A stretch of 64,000 bases of DNA from Azolla caroliniana (taxonomy: Eukaryota; Plantae; Polypodiophyta). Shown here piece after piece: positions 48,568-61,129 of this stretch (positions are counted from its first letter, which is position 1; each line of letters starts with the position of its first letter). Where the stretch lies: positions 12,338,001 to 12,402,000 of the forward strand of contig JBHGNT010000012.1 of the NCBI GenBank assembly GCA_043228905.1, written 5' to 3'. The notes below the pieces were generated by a model. It saw only the letters and a program-made list of their open reading frames with translations, was not told the origin of the DNA and ran no database searches. The translations under genes and the position numbers were made by a program.

Positions 48568-51500
48568 GTCGGGTTCACCAACTTGTGTCGTGCCTTTCGG
48601 CTCCGAATCGTTTGCGTGAGTCGGGTGGGAACCACCGGGGTTTTGGACTAGGAGGAGGAAGAATTTGAGGCTAATCTAGTTATGAATATGAATAGATTAT
48701 AAGAAAGAGATATAGAAACTTGTGAATCCCACAAGTATAATTGTTTTAGTTTATCTAAATCGTAGTAATAAATTGAAATAATTTAGAATAGATTAGAGTA
48801 GATTGAGAAAAGAGATCAAACCTTGTGAATCCCACAAGTATTACATTAATCAATATTTATGTAAGAATATGAATTTAGATTGAAAGAGATAGATTATCTT
48901 AAACTTCGTGAATCCCACGAGTATAATTTATTAATTGGTGTTTTTTAGAAACATATCTAGTTTCCAAATATTTTTCACACACAATTACATTGTGCTTCCC
49001 ATCCTTATGTAGTGATGAGGAAGTCTTAGTAATCCATGCTTTTTCTCTAACTATAGACCCCATGCTTTTCCTATAGATAGACTATATGCTTTATCTAAAG
49101 TGATCATGCTTTTTCTAACTTGTGCGTTTTTTATCATGCACGCTAGATGTGTATGTGTAGCTTTTTCTTTATGCGTTTTTCTAATGTTTATCCTAGCGTG
49201 AATTTACCTTTCTATGTGGGACATCTATGCTTTAACACTAATGAAATGCTAGTGTAATGGTAAGACATTACATTATTAACATGGAGGTGCAAGGTTCGAA
49301 TCTTGCCCTATGCATGTTCCGTTTATTTTGCTATTTTCTTCTATTTCTTCATTTTTTATTGAATCTAATACTATATACGTTTTTCACGTAGTGTACAAAA
49401 TACACTACGACACCGTGTCGTCTTTCGGTCGGGTCGGTTCCCGACTCCCTCTTCCTTGCCGCTCCCGACCTCTCCATTGAACTCTGCCACCGGTTTCCCC
49501 CTTGCCTCTTCGTCGGCTACCTTCTTCTTCTTGTATATGCCCACTTCGGGCCACGCCTCCTCATGGCCACCGCCCATCTCTTCAGTCTTATGTTGGCACT
49601 CGGGCGCAACCGCCATAGTCTCCGACACCGGTGTCTACGGATCTCGTCTTCGTCCGCTACAAACTTCCTCATTCTCCTCGTCATCGTCTCGGTTGCCCGC
49701 TTTGCCGCCGCCACCTTTCGTCTCTCCGGTCCCACGTGGGCTGTTGTGGCCAACCGTTGAAGTCTCTAGAACCGGTGTGGGCAAAGTCCCGACACCATCG
49801 CTAGTCGATGTCATGTCCGTAGCCACCTCCATTCAGACGCCGTTGTCTGTGGCTACCCTGTTCCTGATTACGCAAGCCTCGATTACGGTGTCGTGCCTTT
49901 CGGCTCCGGATCGTTGCGTGAGTCGGGTGGGAACTGCTGAGGTTTTGGACTAGGAGAAAGAAGAATATGAGATAAGGTTCCTTATGAATTGATTGCAAGA
50001 AAGAGAAATATTTGAAAGAAGATATGAAACTCGTGAATCCCACGAGTATAGTGTATTAATTGATACTTAGAATGTAAGAGAGAAATAGATGGAAAAAAAA
50101 TCGTGAATCCCACGAATATATTAGATTGATCAAAATCCTTGTAAAATAATCAACAACCTCTATACATCTTTCTCTCTTCCTTATATAGTGTTAGAAGAGT
50201 CTAAGTTTATCACATGCAAGCATCATGCTTTTCCTATCTTTAGTTTTCATGCACACTGCATGTGCATGATTAGCTTTCTATCTCATCTTTTCTTTTAACT
50301 CGAGTGTCTATGCATGAATAACTTTTTGTACCATGCATGTCTAGAAATTTTACATGGGATAAAGTTTAGTATAACTTTAAAATTCATAATACGCTAGTAT
50401 AATGATAAGGCTTAACATTATTAACATGGAGGTGCAAGGTTCGATTCTTGCCCTATGCATGTAATATATAATTTTATACTTTCTTCTATTTACAAATATG
50501 TCTCTTCATCTGGTGAGAGACTCTCACCGGCCTTCTTCATCCGGCTCTTGCCGGTTTTACTCCATATCCTATTTGGAGAAACCAAAAATGTAATTTTTCA
50601 CGTAGTGTGCGAATCACACTACGACACTCGCCCCCTCCGAACCCGCACATCCTCCGGTATGTGCCGAAGTCCCGATGCTTGCTATTCACCTTCATCCGAA
50701 GCTTCCTCCAAATTTCCCCTTAAGTAGACTATGAGTTGTAATCCACTTTCCTTGCTTTCCGCATCACCGCGATCTTCGTCCGATTGCTCCTTCTTGTCGG
50801 TCTTGTCTAGGATCACTTAGGGTTCTTCTTCAGTCCGCTTCTTGAAAATCTTTACCCGTTTCCCGGCTATAGGCACTCATAGCGTCGTTCCATCCAACTC
50901 GCATAGTCGGTAAGTTCCGTTATCGAAAACTTTCTGAACCTCATATGGCTCAAACCACCTTTTCGCGAACTTCCACATCGTTGTATGTTGATGATCCAAA
51001 CTACTGTCGTAGACAATCACCCAATCTCCTTCTTCAATCTTCCGCGGTCGTAGTCGGTGCTTTGTGTCGAACCGGCTTTTATTCCGGAATCGCGCTTCTT
51101 GTTGTCAGCGTATTGCTTCCGCTATGTCTTCCGGTCTTCCCTCCAGTTGTCGTATCCGGACCGCTAGTAGTTCTTCCCGGCTCATCTCTTCCTTCCATGG
51201 TAGCATTGTCCATGTCGCGATTGCGGTTTCCGTCGGCATTACCGGTGCCTGTCCGGTCATAAGTTCTGTCGGCGTGTAACCGGTTACGGAGCTATGCGTT
51301 GTCCGATCCACCCATAGTGCATATGGGAGCATTTGCGGCCAATCCATCACCCTTCCATCTCATGCTTTGGCAAGTGCTTTGACGATCGGACTATGTCCTC
51401 GCTCGACCTTCCTGTTGGCTTCCGGACTGTATGCCGTTGTTAGTGTTAACCGAACTCCATGTTTGGCGAAGAATCCCCTAGCTTTATCAGAGTCAAGTTC

Positions 51501-54046
51501 TCCCCGATCCGCAATCACTTGTCCTACGCACCTGTACCTGCAAAACACTTCTTCCAAAAGAAATTGACATACCGCAGAACACGTTTTTTTTCGTAGCGCC
51601 CAACCTTCTACTTGATTTGTGAGATCTTCCTGAGCTAACACCAAGTACTTCTTTTGTCCGATCCCGGTTGGCATGGCTACAATGTCGATCATCCATTTGA
51701 AGTTGATTGTCGGTGAGAATGTCGGATGTAACTCGTCTCGGTGTCGAACTCCGGAGTAGATTTGACACTTCTCGCAGCTTTCTGTGAACTCCGCGACATC
51801 TTTGTACATATTCTTCCACCAATATCTTTGCTTGATCTTCCCAAATGTTGCCCATGTTCCCCGATGTACAACCCAATCAGATTCGTGAAATTCGGACATT
51901 ACCTCGTTTCGTTGCTCTTTTGTCCCGACTACTCGAAGTGGTATGCCACCCGGTCTTTTCGGCTCCCTCCAGAAAAATCCATTTTTCAAGAAGAACTTTC
52001 GGACTTGCCGTTTCTTACTTCGGATCTCGGCTCTCTTCTCTTTATTGTCCGATGATTCCTCGATTTCTCGTAGCATTTTCCCAATCAACAAGCTTTCTCC
52101 CTCGTATTCTTCTTCCCGGAATTCTTGGATTATGTCCACCCGGCATATGTGCTCCGAAGCAAAGTAGTCTTCGGAAACTTCTTCATTATCGGATTCGGTT
52201 ATGTCATCTCCGAACCGCGCCCTTGATAGCATATCTGCTACAACGTTGTCTTTTCCGGAGATGTGTCTTACTTCCGGATTAAGTGACTTAACATATGCAA
52301 TCCATCTTAGCATAGCCACATCCGGTATCGTGCAACACCGCATCATCCTGAGTATCGGAAGACAATCCGTTTCGATCACTACTTCGGCTCCGATCAAATA
52401 ATCTCGATCCGATTTGATTGCCGACACGACTACCCATAATTCTCTTTTAACTTGTGCATATCCGCGTTGCCTTTCGTTGAGAACCTTTGCTCCGAATCAG
52501 ATCAGATATCACGAACCTTTCGGATCGGCTTGATTGATGACCCATCCTATTCCGGTTGGACTTGTGTCAACCGTTACTATGATCGGTTGGTCATAGTTTG
52601 GCTTCTTTAGTGCTTCTGCCCTCCGTAGTGATTTCTTGAGCTTCTTCACAGCTTCGGTTTGTTCCGGTTTCCATTCGAACTTCTTCCGCTTCTGCAACAA
52701 GTGATAGAGCGGGTCCGCAATATGTGTGTAGTGCGGAATCCATATGTGATAGAATGCACATGCTCCAAGAAACCTTCGGACTTCGGATTGTGACTCACAT
52801 ACTTCTTTCATAGCTTGAATCGCATCGATCTTGGTCGGTGACGGTCTTCGGCCGTAGGGCCCACATAGATGTCTGACTACCAATATTTCTTCTTGTCCAA
52901 ATGCCGATTTCTCTCTGGAAAGTGTTAGATGCACATCTTCTAACTTCCGTAATACTTTCTCAGAATCACGGATATGGTTGATTACAAACCTTCGGCATCC
53001 TCGTTCATCCATAGCTTCATCTTTTTCTTCCACCGCACACCCTTTCACCGCAATGTCATCTAGGAACGACATCGTTATCTCCGGTATGCAATCCTTTGAG
53101 CACCTTGTTCATCGCATTCATCATATGTGCGATTGAGTTCATCGCGCCTTGTGGTAGCGTACACATCCGGACTAATCCTATCGGTGTCCGCATGGTAGTG
53201 ATGTCTCGGCTCTTCACAACTAGTTGGAATTGGTCATATCCGGAGTATAGGTCTCTGATGGAGTATATCGCGCGACCGGAAAATGCTTCCGCAAATTCGT
53301 CCACTATCGGACCGACTCCGGAGTTCCGGATCGTGACCTTGTCCACCGGTTGCAAATCTTGAATAAATCGGAGTGACCCATTCTTCTTCGGAACCGTAAA
53401 CCATCGATTTGAGTACGGAGCATTTGATGGCTCTAGAATCCCCATCACCACCTTCTCTATTAGAGATCTAGGGTACTAAAGTAAGCTTAAGATAAGGATA
53501 AAGTATTGATAGATAGAAAGGAGAAAGAGAAAGAAGGGTGCCGATCCACCCGACCACCCCCGAGCGAAGGGATCGAGACGGACTCGAGCCCCGATCGGTG
53601 TCCCATACCACCGCCGTGGCATCGAGTCGTACCTGGTGTTGGCGTGCTCGCTACAAGAGTTGACCCACCACAAGAGCAGAGTCTCGATGTAGTCCAAAGA
53701 TGATCAAATGAGGGTAGCTAGGCCTCTTATTTATAGCGATACCCAAGGCCCCCAGGCAAGTTCACACTTGACCTAATGGGTTGTCTCAATCCCGAGAATT
53801 AAAAGTAATCCTCCCCTTCTTTACACTCTCGTTTAATCCTCACACTTATCCACATGTATAGAATACTACGGTAAATTCTCACCACGGGATATTAAATGGT
53901 CATGCCCGTAACATACTCCCCCTCTTTAAAACATTGCATCTTGTAATGGAAAGTTAGGGAAATTAGTTCTGAGAGTATTTTCGCGTTCCCATGTGGCATC
54001 TTTTATTGATTTATCCATCCATTTTATTTTAAATTCTCGGATTTCT

Positions 54047-55729
54047 TTAGTACGTAATTTTTATTTTAACATCGAGAATTCTTTCTGGTACATGTGGTTT
54101 AGAAGATAATTCTTCAGAAGTAACCAGAGTTTCAGTTGTAACTGTATTGTCGCCAGAACCTAGAAGTTCTTTTAGACGACTCACATGAAAGACTGGATGA
54201 ATTCCAACACCATCGGGAAGAGCGAGACGATAGGCTGATGACCCAATGTGTTTGAGGACTGTAAAACGTCCACAAAACCGTGGGGCTAACTTAGCGCACT
54301 TACCCGTAGACAATGTCTTAGAATTGTGAGGTACACGTAAAAATACCTTCTGTCCAGGGTTGAATACACGAGGTTGCCTATGATGGTCGGCATAAAAACG
54401 TGCTCTATCTTGAGCTGTTTTTATATTATCTCGTGCAATATGCAACATATCTTGCATATCCCGAAGAAAGTTTTGCGTACTTCGCAACTCATCATGATAT
54501 ATATTAACATCAATCGGGGCTCGTGGCTGAAAACCATACATCAACATAAAACGACTATATCCCGTCGATGTATGCTTGGAGCTATTATAAGAAAACTCCA
54601 AAATTGGGAGATAACGTTCCCATTTTGTTGGTTTTGCACCAACGTATGCTCGAAGAATGTCCTCAATAATTTGATTTACTCGTTCTGTCTGTCCATCGGA
54701 TTGAGAATGATCCGTGGAGCTCATGCTCAACGTAGTTTCTAACTTCTTAAAGACTTGAGTCCAGAAGTCACTAGTAAACTTTGGATCTCGATCACTCACG
54801 ATATCCATCGGTAACCCATAAAAACGAAATAATTCGTCAATGAATTGGTAAGCCAATTTAGGAGCTCTTACCGTGGTTTTAGTAGCAATAAATCTGGCCA
54901 TTTTAGTTAGGCAATCAACGACAACCCAGATGGCATCATGACCTTTTTGGGTGCGAGGAAGGCTAACAATAAAATCCATGGATATACTTTCCCACTTATT
55001 ATTGGGAATGTCCAAGGGATGTAAAAGTCCTGCGGCTCCAGGTACAATATCTATACAATGGTCTATATTACGTTTAGGAGGTAACCCATGTGGTAGTTCA
55101 TTCGGAAAATCATTTAAGGTTTCATCAAGTTGTTGTTGTTCAAAATATGTTAATTGAACCGAGACATTATCGATATTATAAACGTAAATGTCCGGATCAA
55201 GTACACAGTAAAATAGAGTAGAACAAGACAACTCGTATATTGATGGACACGAGGAAACAATTGAGAGGGATTGTTTTTTTACATATTGAATAAAATGCGT
55301 ACAATCGTTCAGTACAAAAGAAATGGAATGATGAACACAATCAATAGATAAAGAAGAGTTTTTATTATAAAACCAGGGATAACCTAGTATTACATCGGTG
55401 GTACAAAGATTGATTACATGGAACTCTACTTCCTCTATATAAGTATCAATAGAAATTCCTAATGAATGAATCGCCCCGTTGATGTATTGTACTCTTCCAT
55501 TAGCCAAGTGCACCGTGTAGGTGTGATCACTTACGGTGGGTTGGATTCCCCATATCTGAACCAAATGATCATTCACAAAATTGTAAGAGCTTCCCGAATC
55601 AAATAAAAATTGTACGGGAAATCCATTGATATACCCGTTTGCATGTTGTAAATCATTGGGACCCAATACATAGTGAGGGAAAGAACATTGACAATTACAC
55701 TCTATGATGTGTATAAACCTGAAGGACAA
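54047..55729 (-). CDS. Protease-integrase fusion ORF (560 aa) followed by a disrupted chromodomain
   Basis: LFDSGSSYNFV (PR), LPPKRNIDHCIDIVPGA joined in frame to AGLLHPLDIP..WESISMDFI (INT core), DGQTERVNQ, HPVFHVSRLK, PERILD; chromodomain KW...DATWE follows in another frame. Confidence 0.85.
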   Translation of the reverse strand: MSFRFIHIIECNCQCSFPHYVLGPNDLQHANGYINGFPVQFLFDSGSSYNFVNDHLVQIWGIQPTVSDHTYTVHLANGRVQYINGAIHSLGISIDTYIEEVEFHVINLCTTDVILGYPWFYNKNSSLSIDCVHHSISFVLNDCTHFIQYVKKQSLSIVSSCPSIYELSCSTLFYCVLDPDIYVYNIDNVSVQLTYFEQQQLDETLNDFPNELPHGLPPKRNIDHCIDIVPGAAGLLHPLDIPNNKWESISMDFIVSLPRTQKGHDAIWVVVDCLTKMARFIATKTTVRAPKLAYQFIDELFRFYGLPMDIVSDRDPKFTSDFWTQVFKKLETTLSMSSTDHSQSDGQTERVNQIIEDILRAYVGAKPTKWERYLPILEFSYNSSKHTSTGYSRFMLMYGFQPRAPIDVNIYHDELRSTQNFLRDMQDMLHIARDNIKTAQDRARFYADHHRQPRVFNPGQKVFLRVPHNSKTLSTGKCAKLAPRFCGRFTVLKHIGSSAYRLALPDGVGIHPVFHVSRLKELLGSGDNTVTTETLVTSEELSSKPHVPERILDVKIKITY

Positions 55730-56614
55730 TAAATGTTAATAGTAAACTATGTTTCGGTGCCCACATATGTGGTTTCGGCTCTTTAAGTCCTATTACGAGG
55801 ACCCCGAGGTGCACTTAGACCTTAAGTCTAAACATGTGTTATAGTCATATGTATCAAGGATGTTGTATGGTCTTGGTCATATTTGAACTCGAGATCTCGA
55901 GAACAAATACATTAAACACTTGAGCCAACCAAGTAAGTTGCTCTTCTCGAATGCTTAATGTTTGATGCGTATAAGAGATATGCGAGGCAATTGATCATAT
56001 ATGTTTTTTTTTAAAAGAACATATATTTCAAGGGTCCTTATTTCGCCCTCATTTACCAAAACTATGTTGGTACGTTACCTAACCTCAAGTCTCGTAATTA
56101 CGATGGCATACGCCAAAGTGCAACCTAATGGTCAAGCCAAATGAGCCCTCGTTTCGTAGTAGGCCCACGTGGCCCATCACATGGTTACGTCATTACGAAT
56201 GCCTCTTGTAAGAACGAGCTCATGGTGGCATCGTATCCATGTAACGAGGGAGGGATGTTGGATACATGTGTCATTGGAGCGACCTCACTTGAAGTGGGTC
56301 AAGCCCTATGTACTCAACATCATTATGGCCATAGGCGTTTCTTTACGTAACGAAATCGAGGTCATCAACGGGATTGTCAACAATAAAAAATTGTTGAAAA
56401 AGGGATGGCGACAACGCCATTCTCACAAAAAGGTGAGGACGGCCACCGATATCCTTTTCCCTACAAGGACAACTTTCGATATAATCACGTAATAACGAAT
56501 ATACACATATGTTTACTTATCACATATATACGATCAAATAGGTATATACGTGACCACATATGCCTATATTAAACATATCGTTATATTAAATAGCCACAAA
56601 TGGTGTGATCAAGA

Positions 56615-56872
56615 TACGTAATCGAGGTATATACCTCTACGCACACGAAACATCCACCAATAAGATATCATCGTAATACGCAATTGAGGTATTGACCTCT
56701 TACGCATACGAGACCAAACGCATATCCTTTACAACAAATCAAGGTATTAAACTCATACGCAAACGTAACATATGTTCGTGAATGTAATACGTAATTGAGG
56801 TATTAACCTCGTACGCATACGACACTCATCACATATTATTTATATGTCAAACGAGGTATTGACCTCGTGCAC
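56615..56872. repeat. Five palindromic GAGGT-N4-ACCTC repeats with dissimilar spacers (period 55-62 bp)
   Basis: Hairpin cores at 56624, 56686, 56741 (degenerate), 56797 and 56853. Confidence 0.8.
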
Positions 56873-59800
56873 ATATGTAAACGTTCTAGATAATCAATTA
56901 AAGACCACTACAACATCATTGACTTAATGAAAAAAATGACATATAAACTAAACACATGATTAAATGGGAGAAGAGAGAATAGAGAAAAAAAAATACGGAA
57001 AGAGTTACCGAAGTTCTTTGTTGATCGTTGTCTGGATCAAGGCCGACCGCACGTCGATCGATCACGATCAATCAAAAGACAAAAGACAAACAAAGAAACA
57101 TTAGTACATAGCTCTGAAACCAAGATCTAGGTACTAAAGTAAGCTTAAGATAAGGATAAAGTATTGATAGATAGAAAGGAGAAAGAGAAAGAAGGGTGCC
57201 GATCCACCCAACCACCCCCGAGTGAAGGGATCGAGACGGACTCGAGCCCCGATCGGCGTCCCATACCACCGCCGTGGCGTCGAGTCGTACCTGGTGCTGG
57301 CGCGCTCGCTACAAGAGTTGACCCACCACAAGAGCAGAGTCTCGATGTAGTCAAAAGATGATCAAATGAGGGTAGCTAGGCCTCTTATTTATAGCGATAC
57401 CCAAGGCCCCCAGACAAGTTCACACTTGACCTAATGGGTTGTCTCAATCCCGAGGATTAAAAGTAATCCTCCCCTTCTTTACACTCTCGTTTAACCCTCA
57501 CACTTATCCACATGTATAGTATACTACGGTAAATTCTCACCACGGGATATTAAATGGTCATGCCCGTAACATTCTCCTTGAGCAAGTCGATGTGCTTGTG
57601 GCACCGGAATTGGCTTCAGGTTCCACGACACATGGTCAATCGTGAAGATCACCATCGGCTCCACTATCTTCGGGTCTGCGCATCCTATTTCTTTCGATGT
57701 AAATGCAAATGCTCTTCCATGTCGCTCTAGCATCCCACGGAATCGTTCTTCTTCATTCTTTAATAGGAACCTACCTCCACCGATCCAAAGTTTCTTCCGG
57801 GTCTCATCCGTGAAGGCATGTCCGATATCCATGGACTTCCGAAGTGTCGGATCCCCCGACACTTCTTTCCTCTTTTGTTCGCTATCTGCGGGTAACGGTC
57901 CCGCTGCCGGTTTCACTTTCTTCTCCATGGTCTTGTATTTCGTACTTACCATTGCTTCTTCTTTGCGGAGCGCATCCGGCCCCATTTTCACAGTGATCTT
58001 GTACATCTCGGCCGACTCCACCGGAATTACCTGGTTTCCCTGGCTTGTATCTTCCACGAGCTCTTCAAGTCGTTGTAGTGTGCTCCCATAGAACACCTCT
58101 TTGACTATTCCCATGATTTCTTCGTCTTCTTTTATTATTGATGCCGACCGTAAATTATCCTCCACTTTTCGGTATTCTTTCTTCATTCCTCTAGTTACGG
58201 CCGTGTACGTGGATGCCCTATCCGGACCGATTCGTACTTGTTTTGCACCGAGAGGTTTCTTCCTGTGTGGGGTATTAGGGCTTCTCGGACTATCACTTCC
58301 CCACTCCGCAACAGTCCGCTCTAAAAATCGATCTTCGTTTGGGACAAGAGCTCCCTCTTGTTCCTTTCATGATTTGTCGACACAGTTAGGAATTGGACGG
58401 ATTTCCCTCCGTTTTGGCTCCGAATTCATGCAAAAGCCGCACCGCTATCGAGCACCTTTGTCTCCATCCATGAAGCCATGATAAAGGGTTGCCCGAGGAT
58501 CACGGAGTGTGAGACCTCATCTTGCACGAAGAAATTTTGGTCTATCTCCACATCCCCAATCTTCACCATCACATTCGGACAAGCCGCAAATAGTTCTTCC
58601 GTTGCTTTAGTGGCTGCTCGGATCTTCCACCCATGATTCGTGTTAATAGGCTACTTACCCTTCCGGTAGAACTCCTTGGACATCAAGTTGATCTCCGATC
58701 CGTGATCAATTAATGCTAGCACGGGCTCTTTGATGTTACCGATTCGGACCGGAGTCTCCGTAGTTGCATTCTCCTCTGTACTTTGCCTTTTTCTCTTCAC
58801 GAGATCCACAAGAAGATCGTGGAACTCCTTCGCTATTCCAAGTAATTCTCGAAGCAAAAAATCTACCCGGCTATCGAGGATTCTCTCCTCGAACACCTTT
58901 TTCAAGTCCGTTTCTTGTTCGATGTCCGAGGTGAGCTTGAATGCCGGAATCATCTTTTCTTTTCCCTTACCTCTAGAGTTGCATCTTTCCGGTGTCTTCG
59001 ATGGACCGGCTGCCTCATCTGTGCGCCGTCGCTTCTCGGTGTTTTCTAGCACTTCTAGCCAAAAAGACACCTTTGCTCCCGATGACCTCGTCGCAATCCC
59101 TCCGATCATGTTCAGTGCTATCGCACCATATGCATCGACGGTCCACATACTTGGAACTTGTGGGACGGTCATCCGACTTCTTCACTATCGCAATTTTTAG
59201 ATTCTCCATCTCCTTCAGCAACTGCTCCACCGTAGTTGCGTTGATTCCCTTCTCAGTTGTTGATTCCCGAGCCCGTGGTGGATGGTCTTCCGATCCAGAT
59301 CTCGGTTTCGGAATTGGTTCCGAAACCCTCTTTTCTTTGTTGGCAAGCCATTGCCCCCTCTTTGTGTATCACGCGACGATATCCCGCACGCTTTCCCATG
59401 TTTCGGTGAGACCACTCTCAGTATTCGTGTCCTCTAGAAGCACTCCAAGATCCTTCTGGTCCCGGACGTCTATGGCTCGTAAGAACATGATAACTTTGTC
59501 CGGTGTGAGGATATCTTGATCTCTCGCAGACAACCTCCCGAACCGACTTTCAAATGCCGAGAACACATCGACCTTCATCCCCTTGTCAGGCGTTTCTACC
59601 CAATCCTCGAATCCTCTCCGCGTTGCCTTGGAGGAGTCCTCGATAGAGAACGTGGTCTTTAGCGCCTCTTCAAACGCTTCCCACGTCGGATTTTGTTGTC
59701 GTAGCCCGTGGATACTTGCTTGAAGCCCGTCGGTAGCTACCCAGTTGAAGGATGCCACGTGCAGTCCTTCCGAAATCCCGCACCGTAGCATTTCCGCCTT

Positions 59801-61129
59801 GCAGTCCCGAAGATAGCGTGATACGTCCTTTTCGTTGAATTGCTCGATCCGTTGCACGAGCCGCTCTACTGCCACCGCTATCTCCGACATCGCACGTTGT
59901 TCCTGAAGCATCCGCTTGAACATCATCATCATGTTGTTAGCCTCTGGTTGATTTTCCATCTCCTTGCCACCCATGTTCACGTCGGGTTCACCACTTGTGT
60001 CGTGCCTTACGGCTCCGGATCGTTGCGTGAGTCGGGTGGGAACCGCTGGGGTTTTGGACTAGGAGTAAAGAAAATTCTAAGGCAATTAAGAATATGAAAT
60101 AAATTGTAGGAAAGAAAGATATGAAAAACTCGTGAATCCCACAAGTATAGTGTATTAGTGAGTACTCAAATTAAGAGAGGAAAATAGTTAGCAAACTCGT
60201 GGATCCCACGATTATATTATATTAATCAACCCTTGTAAAATAATCAACAACCTCTATACATCTTTCTCTCTTCCTTATATAGTGTTGGAAGAGTCTAAGT
60301 TTATCAAATGCAAGCATCATGCTTTTCCTATCTTTAGTTTTCATGCACACTGCATGTGCATGATTAGCTTTCTATCTCATCTTTTCTTTTAACTCGAGTG
60401 TCTATGCATGAATAACTTTTTGTACCATGCATGTCTAGAAATTTTACATGGGATAAAGTTTAGTATAACTTTAAAATTCATAATACGCTAGTATAATGAT
60501 AAGGCTTAACATTATTAACATGGAGGTGCAAGGTTCGATTCTTGCCCTACGCATGTAATATATAATTTTATACTTTCTTCTATTTACAAATATGTCTCTT
60601 CATCTGGTGAGAGACTCTCACCGGCCTTCTTCATCCGGCTCTTGCCGGTTTTGCTTCATCCAGTTCTCGCCGGTTTTCTTTATCCGGTTCTCACTGGGTA
60701 CTCCATATCCTATTTGGAGAAACCAAAAATGTAATTTTTCACGTAGTGTGCGAATCACACTACGACAACGGTTGCCTCCTCCTTTGATTTTTCGGGCAAC
60801 CGTGTCCCAAAACTTCTGCCCACTCTCGAAGTGGTGGTCATTGCTCCGTAGTTCACTTTATGATTTTTTTGTAGTGCACTTTTAACACCTTACATTTTAC
60901 CCTTCCTTTTTACATTTGGTTCCTTATTCTTATTTTACAATTCTATCAAGTGCATGTGGAATGTTGTACACCCCCATTTTATTCATCCCACTCGTTTTTC
61001 TCACCATGGGCAAAAATCCGCATGACACCGGAGAAACAACTGCTTAGAAAATATGGAATAATGGGCTGTGGTGGCTTAAGACTATGAAGGACGCAGAAAA
61101 TTATTGTCGGCAATGTGATTTATGCCAAT

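Larger units (their letters stand above)
45817..49412 (-). mobile_element. Non-autonomous tRNA-Trp Gypsy derivative (Gag N-terminus plus charged repeat ORF, no pol)
   Basis: LTRs 45817-46540 and 48586-49412; TSD CCGT on both sides; PBS tggtgaacccgacgtga 48564-48580; ORFs 48283-48567 and 46783-48183. Confidence 0.92.
53458..57571 (-). mobile_element. Chromovirus-type Ty3/Gypsy derivative lacking RT, RNase H and a recognisable gag
   Basis: LTRs 53458-53913 and about 57123-57571, near-identical; TSD TTCTC on both sides; PBS tggtttcagagc (Met-like); PPT aaagagggggagta; inserted in the host RT. Confidence 0.92.
49889..60767 (-). mobile_element. Full gag-pol tRNA-Trp-primed Ty3/Gypsy element (decayed)
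   Basis: LTRs 49889-50626 and 59998-60767; TSD ACGG on both sides; PBS 59977-59993. gag 59369-59980, zinc knuckle CIWCDSTEH, PR ALIDHGSEINL, RT YSNRWFTVPKKNGSLRFIQDL...FLDD, RH, INT 51105-52427. Confidence 0.93.
38613..61027 (-). mobile_element. Pol-less member of the tRNA-Trp Gypsy family, host to three nested elements
   Basis: 3' LTR 38613-39196 and truncated 5' LTR about 60850-61027; TSD CCGG on both sides. Internal pieces 39197-40034, 45116-45816, 49413-49888 and 60768-60850 encode the charged repeat ORF ending HRIWWIG; pre-PPT hairpin present. Confidence 0.82.

Noticed and set aside
56615-56872. True CRISPR array
   Set aside because: Eukaryotic retrotransposon context, imperfect repeats and no cas genes; kept only as a repeat/spacer finding.
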